Shown one piece after another: positions 1 through 10,200 of a stretch of 54,500 bases of DNA. This stretch comes from a virus. Its lineage: Duplodnaviria; Caudoviricetes. Below the pieces are notes generated by a model. The model was not told where the DNA came from and ran no database searches. It worked only from the letters and a program-made list of their open reading frames with translations. Location: the IMG/VR virus record IMGVR_UViG_3300031450_000216, positions 1 through 54,500 of that record; one strand, written 5' to 3'. The position numbers and the translations under genes were made by a program. How positions within the stretch are numbered: position 1 is the first letter of the stretch; each line of letters starts with the position of its first letter.

Positions 1-1380
1 TCACGCCACCTGCTTCCACGGCGCGAAACCGCCGTCATTGCTCCACTCAGCTTCGTAGTAAGCGTTTTCCTGCGGGTTGAAATACCGCACCTTGCGATAG
101 GTGATGACGCCCTCGCCATCGGGCCAGGTGAAGCTATCCGCCTGCCCGGGCAGCATGTAGCCGTCCGGGTGTGCGGGCGTCACCGCCTGCGCGATCTTCT
201 GCGACTGATCCACGATCCCTCCCTTGACGAGCGCGGCAATCCGCCCCACCCATGCTGTCCACTCCGCCGCCGAGAAACCTGGACAATTGTGCCTGGTCAC
301 GTCGTTGATCTGGTAATGGCCGAGGATGTGATCCTGGTCGGGCGCGATCCCGAAACGCTGGCAGAGCCACGCCGTCAGTCGCACCGTCGCGGCGATCTGT
401 GCCGGGGTGAGGCTCCCGCCCTTGCCCGCGCTGGTCTGCCCGGCGTGCTCGATGCTGACCACGCGGAGGTTCGGATTGATCCCCGCCTTGACCCACCCGG
501 CGATCAGGGGATTCGTCATGTCCGGCTGCTGCACGTCGCCGTTTGCCCAGGCCGCGCCGTTCGCCCCCGACTCCGGGTTGACGAGTTCCACGGTCTCCCC
601 GCTTTCGAGGACCACATAGTTGGCGCTGGCGTTGCTGGCCGGGCTGGTCAGCCAGGACACCGCCGATGCCCCGCTCCCGGCGGTGATGTGCCAGACGATC
701 GCCTCCGGCTTGTAGGCTGCGCCGTTGTAGCCCCGATTCGGGCTCGGATGCGCGGTGACGGTCGGTTTCGTTACGGCCATGCTCCCTCCTTGCGCGGCGC
801 TCGCCGCTGGTGTCGTCACGATGCCCTGCCAATGCCGCTCGATGCCGTCGCCGTAGCTGTTCGGCATGGTCGCCTGCTGCTGCCACGGCACACCGTCGCG
901 GACCGCCCACCGCCCGCCGAGCGAGCGCCACGTCGTCGCGTGGCCCTTGGCCGTCGCCGTGGCGCGGACCGCCACGATCCGGTAGTCGCTGTCGCCGCGC
1001 GGGTCGCCGCACCAGGCGAGCAGGTGGACGAAGTGGGCGTCGATCCCGCGCGGCCAGTCGGGCCAGCCGCCGCCGCTCGCCCCGTCGTTCGTCGCGCCGA
1101 GGCCAGCGACGTTGTGCTGCGCCGCGCCTACCTGCCCGCCGAACGTCCACGCCGCCGTTTCCACCAGCGCCTCGGCGAACGCGGCGTCGGGCGCGATGCC
1201 GTAGTGCGCGCCGCGTTCCCAGTAAGCCGCGACGATTGCGGTGGCTTCGGGGAGGGTGAGTGGGGCGATCCCCTTCGCCCTGGCACCGCTCGCGTTCAGG
1301 CGGATCAGGTAGGCGAGCCCCTGTGCCTGTACCGATCGTGCGGTACTGTTGAGGATGGCCGTATCGACCAGTGCGCTCAT
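1..1380 (-). CDS. Endolysin: N-terminal glucosaminidase (GH73-like) plus Amidase_2 N-acetylmuramoyl-L-alanine amidase
   Basis: ETAAWTFGGQV..QHNVAGLGA glucosaminidase motif; IVWHITAG..SANYVV..SIEH..ILGHYQI..CPG amidase motifs; ATG at 1380 overlapping upstream stop. Confidence 0.88.
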   Translation of the reverse strand: MSALVDTAILNSTARSVQAQGLAYLIRLNASGARAKGIAPLTLPEATAIVAAYWERGAHYGIAPDAAFAEALVETAAWTFGGQVGAAQHNVAGLGATNDGASGGGWPDWPRGIDAHFVHLLAWCGDPRGDSDYRIVAVRATATAKGHATTWRSLGGRWAVRDGVPWQQQATMPNSYGDGIERHWQGIVTTPAASAAQGGSMAVTKPTVTAHPSPNRGYNGAAYKPEAIVWHITAGSGASAVSWLTSPASNASANYVVLESGETVELVNPESGANGAAWANGDVQQPDMTNPLIAGWVKAGINPNLRVVSIEHAGQTSAGKGGSLTPAQIAATVRLTAWLCQRFGIAPDQDHILGHYQINDVTRHNCPGFSAAEWTAWVGRIAALVKGGIVDQSQKIAQAVTPAHPDGYMLPGQADSFTWPDGEGVITYRKVRYFNPQENAYYEAEWSNDGGFAPWKQVA

Positions 1381-1613
1381 AGCGCCTCTGCTCCTTTCCC
1401 GCCACGCAACAATTTGCTGCGCTCCCACACCAAGCGTCCGTAGATCGCGTTGCACTCGTGGAGGCTGTTGCGCCCCGCGAGCGTCGTCATGCTCGGCAGC
1501 GCGCGGCAGTTGGCGACGATCGCCTCCGCGCACTGGCGCACGTTTTCCGCGACCTCGGCGGGCGTCGGGTCTGCCGGATAGCCGCTGACATCACCCCAAT
1601 CCACATGGGCCAT
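1377..1613 (-). CDS. Hypothetical protein (78 aa), lysis cassette
   Basis: Tight packing/overlap with neighbours. Confidence 0.55.
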   Translation of the reverse strand: MAHVDWGDVSGYPADPTPAEVAENVRQCAEAIVANCRALPSMTTLAGRNSLHECNAIYGRLVWERSKLLRGGKGAEAL

Positions 1614-1615
1614 CG

Positions 1616-2311
1616 CTACACCGCCCCCGTCTTGGTCGGCACAGCGGGTGGCACAGCGATCGGCACGGCTTGCACTGGCGCACACACGTCACCGCCCGCG
1701 TCGATCAGGCGCTGCAAATCTTCACCGGCCAGCCAGCACTTCCCGCGCTGGCCCCATGATGACCCCCAACTGTTAGCCAGTCGGAACAGCCCCCGTGTCC
1801 GGTTGTAGCCGACGATCAGCAGCTCGTGACCCCCCGTGACGTTCCCTGTGCGGCGGATTACCCCATGTACGTCCGGGGTGAACATCCCCTCGTACCAGTC
1901 CACGCCGATTAGGCACGTTCCCTGCGTGAGCACGTAGGTCGCGGCTTCGTCGGCGTTGGCCGTCCAGTGGTAGGCCGAGACGTAGCCGAGCGCTTGCAGG
2001 AACTTCATCGCCCCGCGATCGTCCGTGCCGTCGTAGGCTTCCCCCGGCGTGCCGTCGTTGACCTGCGCGCCGTGATAGATGTCCTGCGCGGTCGGCCCGC
2101 CCTTGTCCGGCACGGGCCAGGAGGTCAGCCACTGCCGCGAGGAGAACCCCACGCACATCGGCGTCCGCCCCTGGTCAAGAATCGGTCCGATCCGCCACAT
2201 CTTGCTCGTGGGCAGGGCTGGCGCGGGCGCGAGCAGGGCGCGGAGCGGATAGTTGGCGTCTTTCTCATCGGTAGTGGCGATGCGCCCGAGGCCATGTGTC
2301 TGGATGCTCAT
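1616..2311 (-). CDS. Papain-like (C1A) cysteine peptidase
   Basis: LDQGRTPMCVGFS (Gln/Cys), GGHELLIVGY (His), ANSWGSSWG (Asn). Confidence 0.9.
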   Translation of the reverse strand: MSIQTHGLGRIATTDEKDANYPLRALLAPAPALPTSKMWRIGPILDQGRTPMCVGFSSRQWLTSWPVPDKGGPTAQDIYHGAQVNDGTPGEAYDGTDDRGAMKFLQALGYVSAYHWTANADEAATYVLTQGTCLIGVDWYEGMFTPDVHGVIRRTGNVTGGHELLIVGYNRTRGLFRLANSWGSSWGQRGKCWLAGEDLQRLIDAGGDVCAPVQAVPIAVPPAVPTKTGAV

Positions 2312-2721
2312 GCTGTTGCTCCTGTTGGTGTCGGCACCGGCTTCGGCCCTGTCCCGTTCCACGCCACAGCCATGCCCGCCGCGATCAGCGCCGCGCCGAG
2401 TTCCTGCCCATCGATCGTGCGCCAGACCAGCGCGTCCCATCTGCCGCCAAATTTATCCGGACCAATCGGCGTCGCGGCCTTCTGGCTGGCGATGACGAGC
2501 GGCCAGTCGCCCGGACCAGCCGCCGCGACCCAGGCAAGCGCGGCCTGTTGCGCGACCTTCCCTTCCGGTGTGGCGAGTTCGGGCGCGTTGATCCCGAGCA
2601 CGCGCACCGTCACGCGCACCGATACCTCGAAGCCGAGATCGCACAGTACGGTCAGTGTGTCGCCATCATGTAACGAGGCGAGTCGCGCTCGGTAGACGTA
2701 ATTATGCGTTGGGATGCTCAA
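2308..2721 (-). CDS. Thermonuclease (SNase-like)
   Basis: HDGDTL..DLGF..VRVLGINAPE..DKFGGRW motifs intact; TTG start. Confidence 0.85.
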   Translation of the reverse strand: MSIPTHNYVYRARLASLHDGDTLTVLCDLGFEVSVRVTVRVLGINAPELATPEGKVAQQAALAWVAAAGPGDWPLVIASQKAATPIGPDKFGGRWDALVWRTIDGQELGAALIAAGMAVAWNGTGPKPVPTPTGATA

Positions 2722-2737
2722 ATCGCCCCCCTCTCTA

Positions 2738-2746
2738 TGGTATAAT
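2738..2746 (+). promoter_or_regulatory. Extended -10 promoter (TGGTATAAT) for HNH gene
   Basis: Consensus TGnTATAAT ~80 nt upstream of HNH ATG. Confidence 0.7.
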
Positions 2747-2825
2747 TGGAGTACGATAAAGCCTCAGCGCGGTCTGATACACCGCCCGAGGCATGGCACT
2801 CACCGACCTGCAAGGAGGTCAGATC

Positions 2826-3359
2826 ATGCACTCGAACAATACCATACCGCGCCGCAATCGCCCTCGCCCAGCGCCCGAACGGTTCTGGGAGAAAGTCAAC
2901 AAGACCGCCTCGTGTTGGTTGTGGATAGCAGGGCGTTCGGTGGGATACGGATGCTTTTACCCGCGCCCAGGCTGTCCTACCTATGCCCATCGCTATGCGT
3001 ACGAACTCCTGGTGGGACCAATCTCGGTGGGTCTCATGGTTCGCCATCGTTGCAATAACCCGCTGTGCGTTCGCCCGGACCATCTGGCACTCGGCACGCA
3101 TCGAGATAATATGGAGGATATGCGTCTTAGCGGGCGCTCTTTGTGCGGCGACCGTAACCCTGGCCGTTTGCATCCCGAGCGGATGGCTCGCGGCGAGCGT
3201 GCGTGGAACACGAAACTCACCGAGGTTGATGTGCGTGCGATTCGGGACGCCCACCGGATGTACAGCATCGGATACCCCGAATTGGGTCGGCAGTATGGCG
3301 TCAGCGCGAGCGTTATCGGTAAGATCGTCCGTCGTGAACGGTGGAATCACGTAACGTAA
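2826..3359 (+). CDS. HNH homing endonuclease with C-terminal HTH, inverted relative to late operon
   Basis: RFWEKV..CWLW..AHRYAY..HRCNNPLCVRPDHL..GTHRDN..KLTEVDVRAIR; SD AAGGAGGT at 2812-2819. Confidence 0.9.
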   Translation: MHSNNTIPRRNRPRPAPERFWEKVNKTASCWLWIAGRSVGYGCFYPRPGCPTYAHRYAYELLVGPISVGLMVRHRCNNPLCVRPDHLALGTHRDNMEDMRLSGRSLCGDRNPGRLHPERMARGERAWNTKLTEVDVRAIRDAHRMYSIGYPELGRQYGVSASVIGKIVRRERWNHVT

Positions 3360-3462
3360 GTGTTGCGGTATGGTTGTCGTCATGCTTCCCTCCCTCCATC
3401 CTCATCGCTCAATGTGCCGCGAAAGCCCTTGCCCTGTAGCGCGGTTATCTGCGAGCGGATCG

Positions 3463-4212
3463 TCATGGCCGGTTCCGCTCGCGTTCGGCGCGGCGGTCGT
3501 CCCTGGTGTCCTGGCGGTCCTGCTCGCGCTCGCTGCGTGCGTCCGCGCGATCTTCGGCACTGTGATCGCCGGCGTCGCGAGTGCTACGTTCGCGTTCGAG
3601 TCTCTCCACCAGTTCGCGAAGCCTGTCGGTGTTCTCCATTGCCGCTGCTGCTGCCGTAGCCGCGACTTTGTTGGTCGCAGCGATATCCTCCTGTACGCTC
3701 ATAATCATCTCGTTCAAACTGTTCGCGGCGTACTGTGCCCCGTCGCGCGCTTCGGTTGTCACTTCGGTAATGTGGACCAGTTCGCCCATCGTCTCGGCGT
3801 GCCGCATGGCGATCGTATCGCTCTCGCTGCTCTCCATGTAGTCGAGGAGACGCGTGCGGCGCACCCGTGTGAAGAGCGCCACCAGGGTCAGGATGATCTC
3901 GATCAGGAGGATGCCGACGGTGACGATGACGAGGGGGGCGGTGACGATGGCGTGCGGACTGGATGGCGGGACAAGCAGCGAGACGATGCCGATCGCGACC
4001 GCGATCACTTGCGGCAGCGTCAGCCCCACCTGGATGCCGATGGCCGTCATGACCGCGATTTTCTTCGCCCCGTTCTGCCCCAGCCGGTTGAGGGCGCGGG
4101 CGTCGAGCCACACGTCGCGCAGGAGCCAGAGATTGATCGCCAGGGCCACCACCCCGATCAGCGTCCACAGCACTTCGGGCGGGCTGGCCGTCTCGCGCAA
4201 GTCAATGTACAC
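3463..4212 (-). CDS. Membrane protein (3 TM plus coiled-coil tail), lysis-associated
   Basis: Three hydrophobic segments then charged helical tail; position in lysis cassette. Confidence 0.65.
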   Translation of the reverse strand: MYIDLRETASPPEVLWTLIGVVALAINLWLLRDVWLDARALNRLGQNGAKKIAVMTAIGIQVGLTLPQVIAVAIGIVSLLVPPSSPHAIVTAPLVIVTVGILLIEIILTLVALFTRVRRTRLLDYMESSESDTIAMRHAETMGELVHITEVTTEARDGAQYAANSLNEMIMSVQEDIAATNKVAATAAAAAMENTDRLRELVERLERERSTRDAGDHSAEDRADARSEREQDRQDTRDDRRAERERNRP

Positions 4213-4381
4213 GGTCGTATTCCTCCCGCGCCTTGCGGCGCTGCTGTGCCATGATGGTCACGTCCAGTGCGGCCAGTCGCCGCTGCAAGTCGCGCTCGCG
4301 CTCGTCGTCGATCGCGAGGTGGTTTGACGGGTCACGGGCGATCCCCATGCGGTCGAAGAGCCAGACGAACCAATGCATCAT
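4202..4381 (-). CDS. Small hypothetical protein
   Basis: ATGA overlap with holin-like gene; 59 aa. Confidence 0.55.
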   Translation of the reverse strand: MMHWFVWLFDRMGIARDPSNHLAIDDERERDLQRRLAALDVTIMAQQRRKAREEYDRVH

Positions 4382-4596
4382 GGCGTACCGTCCTTCGCGG
4401 TATTCCGTTCGAGGAGTCCCACGGCCTTGAACGCGAAATCTTCGTAGCGGGCGAGTTTGGCTTCGAGTGAACGGAAAATGTACCCGGGCACCCACCACCC
4501 TTTCAGCACGCCCAGGAGCGCGCAGAGGAGGAAGGTGATCAGCCCCGCCGTCGAACCAGAAACTATGGTATTGAACGCGCTATCCGGCATCGTCAA
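4378..4596 (-). CDS. Putative holin / small membrane protein
   Basis: Single TM (AGLITFLLCALLGVLKGWWVPG) plus charged C-terminus, first gene of lysis cassette. Confidence 0.55.
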   Translation of the reverse strand: MTMPDSAFNTIVSGSTAGLITFLLCALLGVLKGWWVPGYIFRSLEAKLARYEDFAFKAVGLLERNTAKDGTP

Positions 4597-4694
4597 CCAT
4601 CCTCACTACCGCCAGCCAGCAGCGTTGCACGTCGTCGCTGCTGCCGTCCGCGATCTGGTAGCGCATCGTCAGCCCCTCCTGCCCGCCGTCCACG

Positions 4695-5027
4695 CTACTG
4701 CGCGACCACGGCGCGACCGGCCCCGTCCATCGCCGCGACCGCCTGGCGCACCAGCGCCACCGCCGCCGCCCGATCCGTCGCCCCGCCCTGTTTCAGCCGC
4801 AGATAGACGCGCACGAACAACTCCTGCATCGCGTCGGGGTCGCACCCGCCCGCGACCGGGTACACGCTGACCGCGCCGCACCCGGCCTGCGGGCACGGCA
4901 CCGTCAGCGCGATGCCGTCCCTGAACGTGGCCGCCAGTTGCGCCCAGGTCAGCGCCCCGCCATGCCCGCCCTCGTCGTGCCACACGACCAGCCCGGTCGC
5001 GGTGTAGCCCGTCACGCGGATCGCCAT
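4695..5027 (-). CDS. Hypothetical protein downstream of tail fibre (CPxxxC motif)
   Basis: SD GGAGGT before ATG 5027. Confidence 0.55.
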   Translation of the reverse strand: MAIRVTGYTATGLVVWHDEGGHGGALTWAQLAATFRDGIALTVPCPQAGCGAVSVYPVAGGCDPDAMQELFVRVYLRLKQGGATDRAAAVALVRQAVAAMDGAGRAVVAQ

Positions 5028-5080
5028 CGCCCTACCTCCCCACCCGCCCATCATGTATAGGCCTTTTCTAGAGACATATG

Positions 5081-6007
5081 TTAGGCAGGATTCCACTCTG
5101 CCGTGATCGCCTGCGAGGAGGCGGTGATGTAGCAATCGACCTGGCCCGCCGCCACGCTGGTCGCGTAGACGGTCACACCGCGCGTCTCGGCACCGGGCCG
5201 TGATACGGCCGTCGGTTGGCCGCAGTTGTTCGTCGCCCAGGTGCCGACCTTGGTCACGGTCGGTGCCCCGCCCTTCGTCGTCGCGAACGACACCCAGCCG
5301 CCGATCGTCTGCCCGGCGGCGGTGGCGACCCCGGTCATGTGCGCGCCCAGCACCTCGTAATACCGCTGGCAGCGCGCCAGATCGACTTGCGGGTCGAGCG
5401 GCACATAGGCGGGCGCGAACGTCCCGTAGGCCAGCACGGCGTTGTCGAGATAGCTGATGTCCGTCGCCAGATACTCCACGCCCACCGTGACCGCCGAGGC
5501 ATTGGCGCTGATCGTCGCCGTGACCGTGTGCGTCTCGAACGCCCCGGTCGTCGTCGTGCTGACGCCGTTGGTGTAGCTGCCGCTGTCGCTGATGTACGGG
5601 CGCACGCTGTTCGCCAAACCCTTGCGAATGCGGATGGAGAACGTGACGGTCTTCCCCTGCAAGGCGCGGAAGTTCTCGATTCGCTGGTCGAGGCGCGTGG
5701 ACGCGGCGTGCGTGTAGGTCGCCGTGAGCGACGTGCTCGATCCGACATCCACCGTCGTGGTGATGTGGTTGAAGATGGCCGACGATGATGTCCCGAGTTG
5801 GAGTTGCCAGCGGTCGCTCATGTACGCGAGGTTGAACGAATTGACGCTCGCCCCCCGCTGGTACACCTCGAAGCCCGGATTGACGAGGAGGTTCTGCGGC
5901 CCCACCAGCGCGATCAGGGTGTTGATGTTATCGCGCAGGTAGGTATTCATATACGCCGAAGTCCCAAGGTCCCCCGGCTGGATCGTCGGTACGGCAAGCA
6001 GCGGCAT
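5081..6007 (-). CDS. Tail fibre / receptor-binding protein with carbohydrate-binding-like jelly roll
   Basis: NLLVNPGFEVYQRG..DRW..LARCQRYYE motif typical of phage tail-fibre proteins; position. Confidence 0.75.
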   Translation of the reverse strand: MPLLAVPTIQPGDLGTSAYMNTYLRDNINTLIALVGPQNLLVNPGFEVYQRGASVNSFNLAYMSDRWQLQLGTSSSAIFNHITTTVDVGSSTSLTATYTHAASTRLDQRIENFRALQGKTVTFSIRIRKGLANSVRPYISDSGSYTNGVSTTTTGAFETHTVTATISANASAVTVGVEYLATDISYLDNAVLAYGTFAPAYVPLDPQVDLARCQRYYEVLGAHMTGVATAAGQTIGGWVSFATTKGGAPTVTKVGTWATNNCGQPTAVSRPGAETRGVTVYATSVAAGQVDCYITASSQAITAEWNPA

Positions 6008-6019
6008 CGGTCACTCCTT

Positions 6020-7237
6020 TCAGAAAGTCCAGGCGTTGCCGCCGTCCCAGGTGCTGGTGTCCCAGACGAACGGCTGCGCGGTGGTGAGGCGGCGCGAGAG
6101 GGTCCAGCGCGTCTCGTGCGTCATGCTGTCGGTCGCGATGGCGTGCGCGATCGCCTCGATGTGGTAGTCGCCCGCCAGTCCGGTCAGGGCGTTCGTCGCG
6201 GTCACGCGGTCGCCGAGGTCGCGCGCCAGCAGCGCCGCGCGCACGGTCGGCTCCTGTGCGGTCAGCGTCAGCCGCCGCGCGGTCGGCACGGCGTCCTTGC
6301 GCTGGCTCACCAGCCACTGCGCCAGCGCCAGCGCGTCCGCGTCGCTCGCCAGGTACGGCGTCGTCAGCGCTTCGAAATCCCGCCACGCGCGGTACTGCCC
6401 GAACGACGCCGCGTCCCCGTAGGTCTGCGCGGTGCCGCCCGTGCGCGTCACCGTGGCGCGATTGCGGATCGTCGCGAGATCGACGCCCGGCGCGACCGCG
6501 CGCATCGTCCCCGCGATCGTGGACTGGCTCGCCAGACGTGCCCCCCGGTTGCGCGCGGCGCGATCCTCGTAGACCGCCGTGCCATCCGGTCCGATGAAGA
6601 ATGTGCCCCGCTCCGCCGCGAGCAACCCGGCGATCAGGTCGAGCGCCCCCGTGGTGCCGTCCGCCGCGAAGTTCGGGATCGCGTCCCCCGTGGCGAGGCG
6701 GCGCGGCTGCGGCTGCGTCCACCCCGCCGCGTCGAGGATCAGGCCGATCGCCGCGCCGGTCGTCGTCGGCCCGGTGTTGGCGATCACGGGCCGCACCCCT
6801 TCCAGGATCACGAAGAGGTCCGCCGCCTCGATCGTCGCCTGCTGCGTGCCGTAGTCGGGATCCGAGACGATCCGCGTGATGTAGCCCGCGAAGAGCGCGA
6901 ACGTCCCCGCCGCCCCGGTGGCGGTCACGCGCAAGGGGCGCAAGGGCAGCAACTTGCCGTACAAGGGGGATGCCGGGTTGTCGGGCGCGTACTTGCCGGT
7001 GTGGTCGTGGAGGCGCACGGTGCAGGTGCCGCGCCGCATGGTGGCGAGCGTGTCGTCGCGCCCGCGCTCGATGGTGAGCGCTTGCGGGTCGCCGCCGAGG
7101 CTGCTGTAGGCGTAGTTCCCGGTGTCCCCGGCCCACACGTCGCCGCCGTCCCAGGTCGAGCGGTCCCACGCCCACACGCCCGTCTGCGCGCTATCCCAGG
7201 CCACCCCGACTTCATAAACCAAACCAGGTACCGGCAT
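6020..7237 (-). CDS. Minor tail protein (baseplate hub-like)
   Basis: Immediately downstream of TMP; IERGRD..GTCTVRL..GKYAPDN..LFAGYI motifs of siphophage minor tail proteins. Confidence 0.8.
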   Translation of the reverse strand: MPVPGLVYEVGVAWDSAQTGVWAWDRSTWDGGDVWAGDTGNYAYSSLGGDPQALTIERGRDDTLATMRRGTCTVRLHDHTGKYAPDNPASPLYGKLLPLRPLRVTATGAAGTFALFAGYITRIVSDPDYGTQQATIEAADLFVILEGVRPVIANTGPTTTGAAIGLILDAAGWTQPQPRRLATGDAIPNFAADGTTGALDLIAGLLAAERGTFFIGPDGTAVYEDRAARNRGARLASQSTIAGTMRAVAPGVDLATIRNRATVTRTGGTAQTYGDAASFGQYRAWRDFEALTTPYLASDADALALAQWLVSQRKDAVPTARRLTLTAQEPTVRAALLARDLGDRVTATNALTGLAGDYHIEAIAHAIATDSMTHETRWTLSRRLTTAQPFVWDTSTWDGGNAWTF

Positions 7238-7238
7238 G

Positions 7239-10200
7239 TCAGTACCCCCCGACCTGGGCGAGGCGCGGCTTCAGCAGGCGCGCGAGGGCGTCCGCCGTGG
7301 CCGGGTCGTCCGAGAGGATGGTGTTGCCCGTTATCGTCACGTAGACATTGGTCGTGCCCCCGCCGCCCCCGCCCCCGCCATTCGCCGCCGCGAGGGGGAC
7401 CGGGGAACCGAGGGCCGGTCCCGCGCCGAACCCGCCGAGTCCCGCGCCCGCGTTGGTGAAGCCCGCGAACGCCTGCCCCAGCGTGGCGGCGAAGATGTCG
7501 GCGTCGGAGCGGAGTTGCTGCGCCTGCGTGACCAGGGTCGCGCTGCGCGTCAGCACCCCGCCCATCAGGTCCACCAGCGGCTGTAACCAGGCGGTCGTCA
7601 CCGGCCCGTCCAGTTTGCCGAGCGCGGTGAAGAGATCGAGCCCGCTTTTCAGCGCCGCGAAGACCCCGCTCGCCGCCGTGCCGAACGCGGTCGCGGCGGC
7701 GAGCGTGTCCCCTCCGACCAGCCCCGCCGCCGCCGCGACCTGGCCCACCGCGTAGCGGATGGTGTTGACCAGATCGTCGATCGCGGCGGGTACGGGCAGC
7801 ACCAGGGTCGCCATGTCCTTGAATGCGGTGACCCCGGCCCCGACCGCGCCCAGCGCCTTGCCCGCCGCGTCGGCGAACGCCGCCGTCGCCTTCGTGCCGT
7901 CCGCGTCGAGGATCGTCGCCATCTCACCGAAGCGTGCGACGGTGTAGCGCACCGTGGCGAGGAAGGCGTCTATCGTCGCCTGCGTGGGGCCGACGAACGT
8001 GGCGAGGGAGGCGAAGCCCGTCACGCCCGCGCCGAGGATGCCCACGGCCTTCGAGGCGGCGTCCGCGAAGTCCCCCGAGAGTTTCAGCCCGTCGCTCGTG
8101 AACTGTGTACTCGCCGCCCCGATGCCGCGCACCAGGGTCGTTACCGTGGCGACGAACGCCCCGATCGCCGCGTCGCCCACCCCCTTGTAGGTCGCCAGCT
8201 TCGTGAAACCGTCCACGCCGTTGCTCAGTATCCCGACGCCCTTAGAAGCGGCGTCCGCGAACTGCCCCGCCAGAGTCAGCCCCTCGGTGGTGAACTGCGC
8301 CGCTGCCTGCCCGATGGCCGCGACGAGGGTCCGCACCGTCTCCACGAACGGGGCGATCAGCGTATCGGCGATGCCCTTGTAGGTGGCGAGTTTGGTGAAG
8401 CCGTCCACGCCGTTGCCGAGGATGCCGACGACCTTGCCGGCCGCGTCGGCGAACTGCCCGGCGCTCGTGGCCGCGTTGCTGCCCACCATCTCGGCGATCG
8501 CCGCGAAATCGGCCACGACGATGCGGATCGTCTTGCCGAAGTCGTAGATCGTCGCGGGGAGGGGCGCGACATAGGTCGCGAGTTTGGTGAAGGCATCCAC
8601 GCCCTTGCCGACCGTCTCGGCGACCTTGCCCGCCCCTTCCGCGAAACCCGCCGCACGGGCGAGCATGTCGGCGGTCACCGTATCCGCGATGGTCGCGAAG
8701 TCCTGCACGATCAGATAGAGCGCCTTGCCGAAGGCGTAGATCGCGGCGTTGGCCGGGAGCGCGACCGTCGCGAGCTTCCCGAGCGCGTCCGCGCCCTTGC
8801 CGACCGCTTCGGCGACCGTGCCGGCCCCGCCCGCGAAGTCGGTCGCGCGCGTCAGCATCTCCGCGCCGACCTGCTCCGCGATCACGGCGAAATCGTTCAC
8901 CGCCGCCCGGATCAGACGATCGAGGGCGTAGACCGCCGTGGTCGCGGGCAGTGCCACCGTCGCCAGCTTGCCGAGCGCATCCACGCCGCTGCCGACGAGC
9001 GCGACGACCTTGCTGGCCCCCTCGGCGTACTTGCTGGCCGCGTCGAGCGCGGTCGTGGTCAGGCTCGCCGCCGCCCCTGACAGCGCCGTGACGAGCTGTC
9101 CGGTGAAGGCGACAAACGCACCCACCTGGCCGCCCGAAGGGAGCGCCGAGAGGCTGAGGCCACCGAGCGCCTTCATCGCGCCGAGCGTGGCCGTCACCGC
9201 GTCCGCGATCCCCTTCGCCACGTCGGCGGCCTTCTTCGCCGCGTCCTGCGCGGTGGCATCCATGCCGGACACCAGTCCCGCCACGACATGACCGCCGATA
9301 GTCGCCATCACCTGCGACGGCGACTTGATCTGCAACGTCTCGCGGACGCCCTGCGCCAGGCTGTCGCCGAGGTTCGCGCCCGCCCGCGTCATATCCTTGC
9401 CGAGGCTGTTGCCCGGTAGCGCGGCGTTGGCAAGCGCGGCGTTCCCCGCCGCGATCGAGGTCGCCGCGTTCAGCATGGCCTCTTTGTACATGCGCGCTTC
9501 GGTCTCGAACTGCGCGGCATTGCCATGCGCCTCGATCATCATGGCGAGCGCCACGTCGAGGTCGCCGTTGAACTCGACCATGATCTTCGTCATCGCCCCC
9601 TTGAACGGCGCTTCGGTGAGGCTCTTGAAGGTGCCGATCGCGGTCTGCAACGATTTGGCGGTCCCCTCGACCGCCCTGCCGAAATCCTGGGCCTTGGCGA
9701 GCGCGTCGTGCCCCATCGCGTCGGCCATGTCGCGGAAACGCCCGACGATGTAGGAGACCGCCGCGACCAGTTCATCGATCGCGCCCGCCGAGGGGATCAC
9801 CATGTCCTTGAACGATTTGAAGGCGTCGAGGCCGGTCTTGATCGTGTCAACCGCCAGTTTGGCGCTGGTGCCGAACGCGCCCGCCGCCGCGACTCCCTCG
9901 GTGCCGATCCGCTGCGCGGCTTCCGCGAAACGGGCGACGATCTGCCCGACCGCCACGGCGAAGGCGTCGATCGCGGCGGGGGCGGGCGCGACGAACGCCG
10001 CCAGGGCGGTCAGCCCGTCCACCCCGACCTTGATCACGGCGAGCACCTTGCCCGCCCCGTCGCTCCACGTCGCCGCCGCCGCGACCGCCTTGGCGTCCAT
10101 CGCCGTCGCCGTGTCGGCGATGCTCTGGACCAGGAACTCGGTGGCGAATTTGAACGCCCCGATCGCCGTCTGACTTGGTGCGACGAACGTGGCGAGCGCC

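Noticed and set aside
3289-3297. Exact 9-mer matches to single spacers (also at 26010, 13161, 30059, 51675)
   Set aside because: Single 9-mers are expected by chance in 54 kb and the partner spacer does not match adjacent sequence
2841-3374. 10-bp inverted repeat ACCATACCGC around the HNH as element ends
   Set aside because: Short, and one copy lies inside the HNH coding region; likely coincidence
2718-3383. Group I intron carrying the HNH
   Set aside because: HNH is antisense to the host operon, has its own promoter, and leaves no room for a ribozyme core
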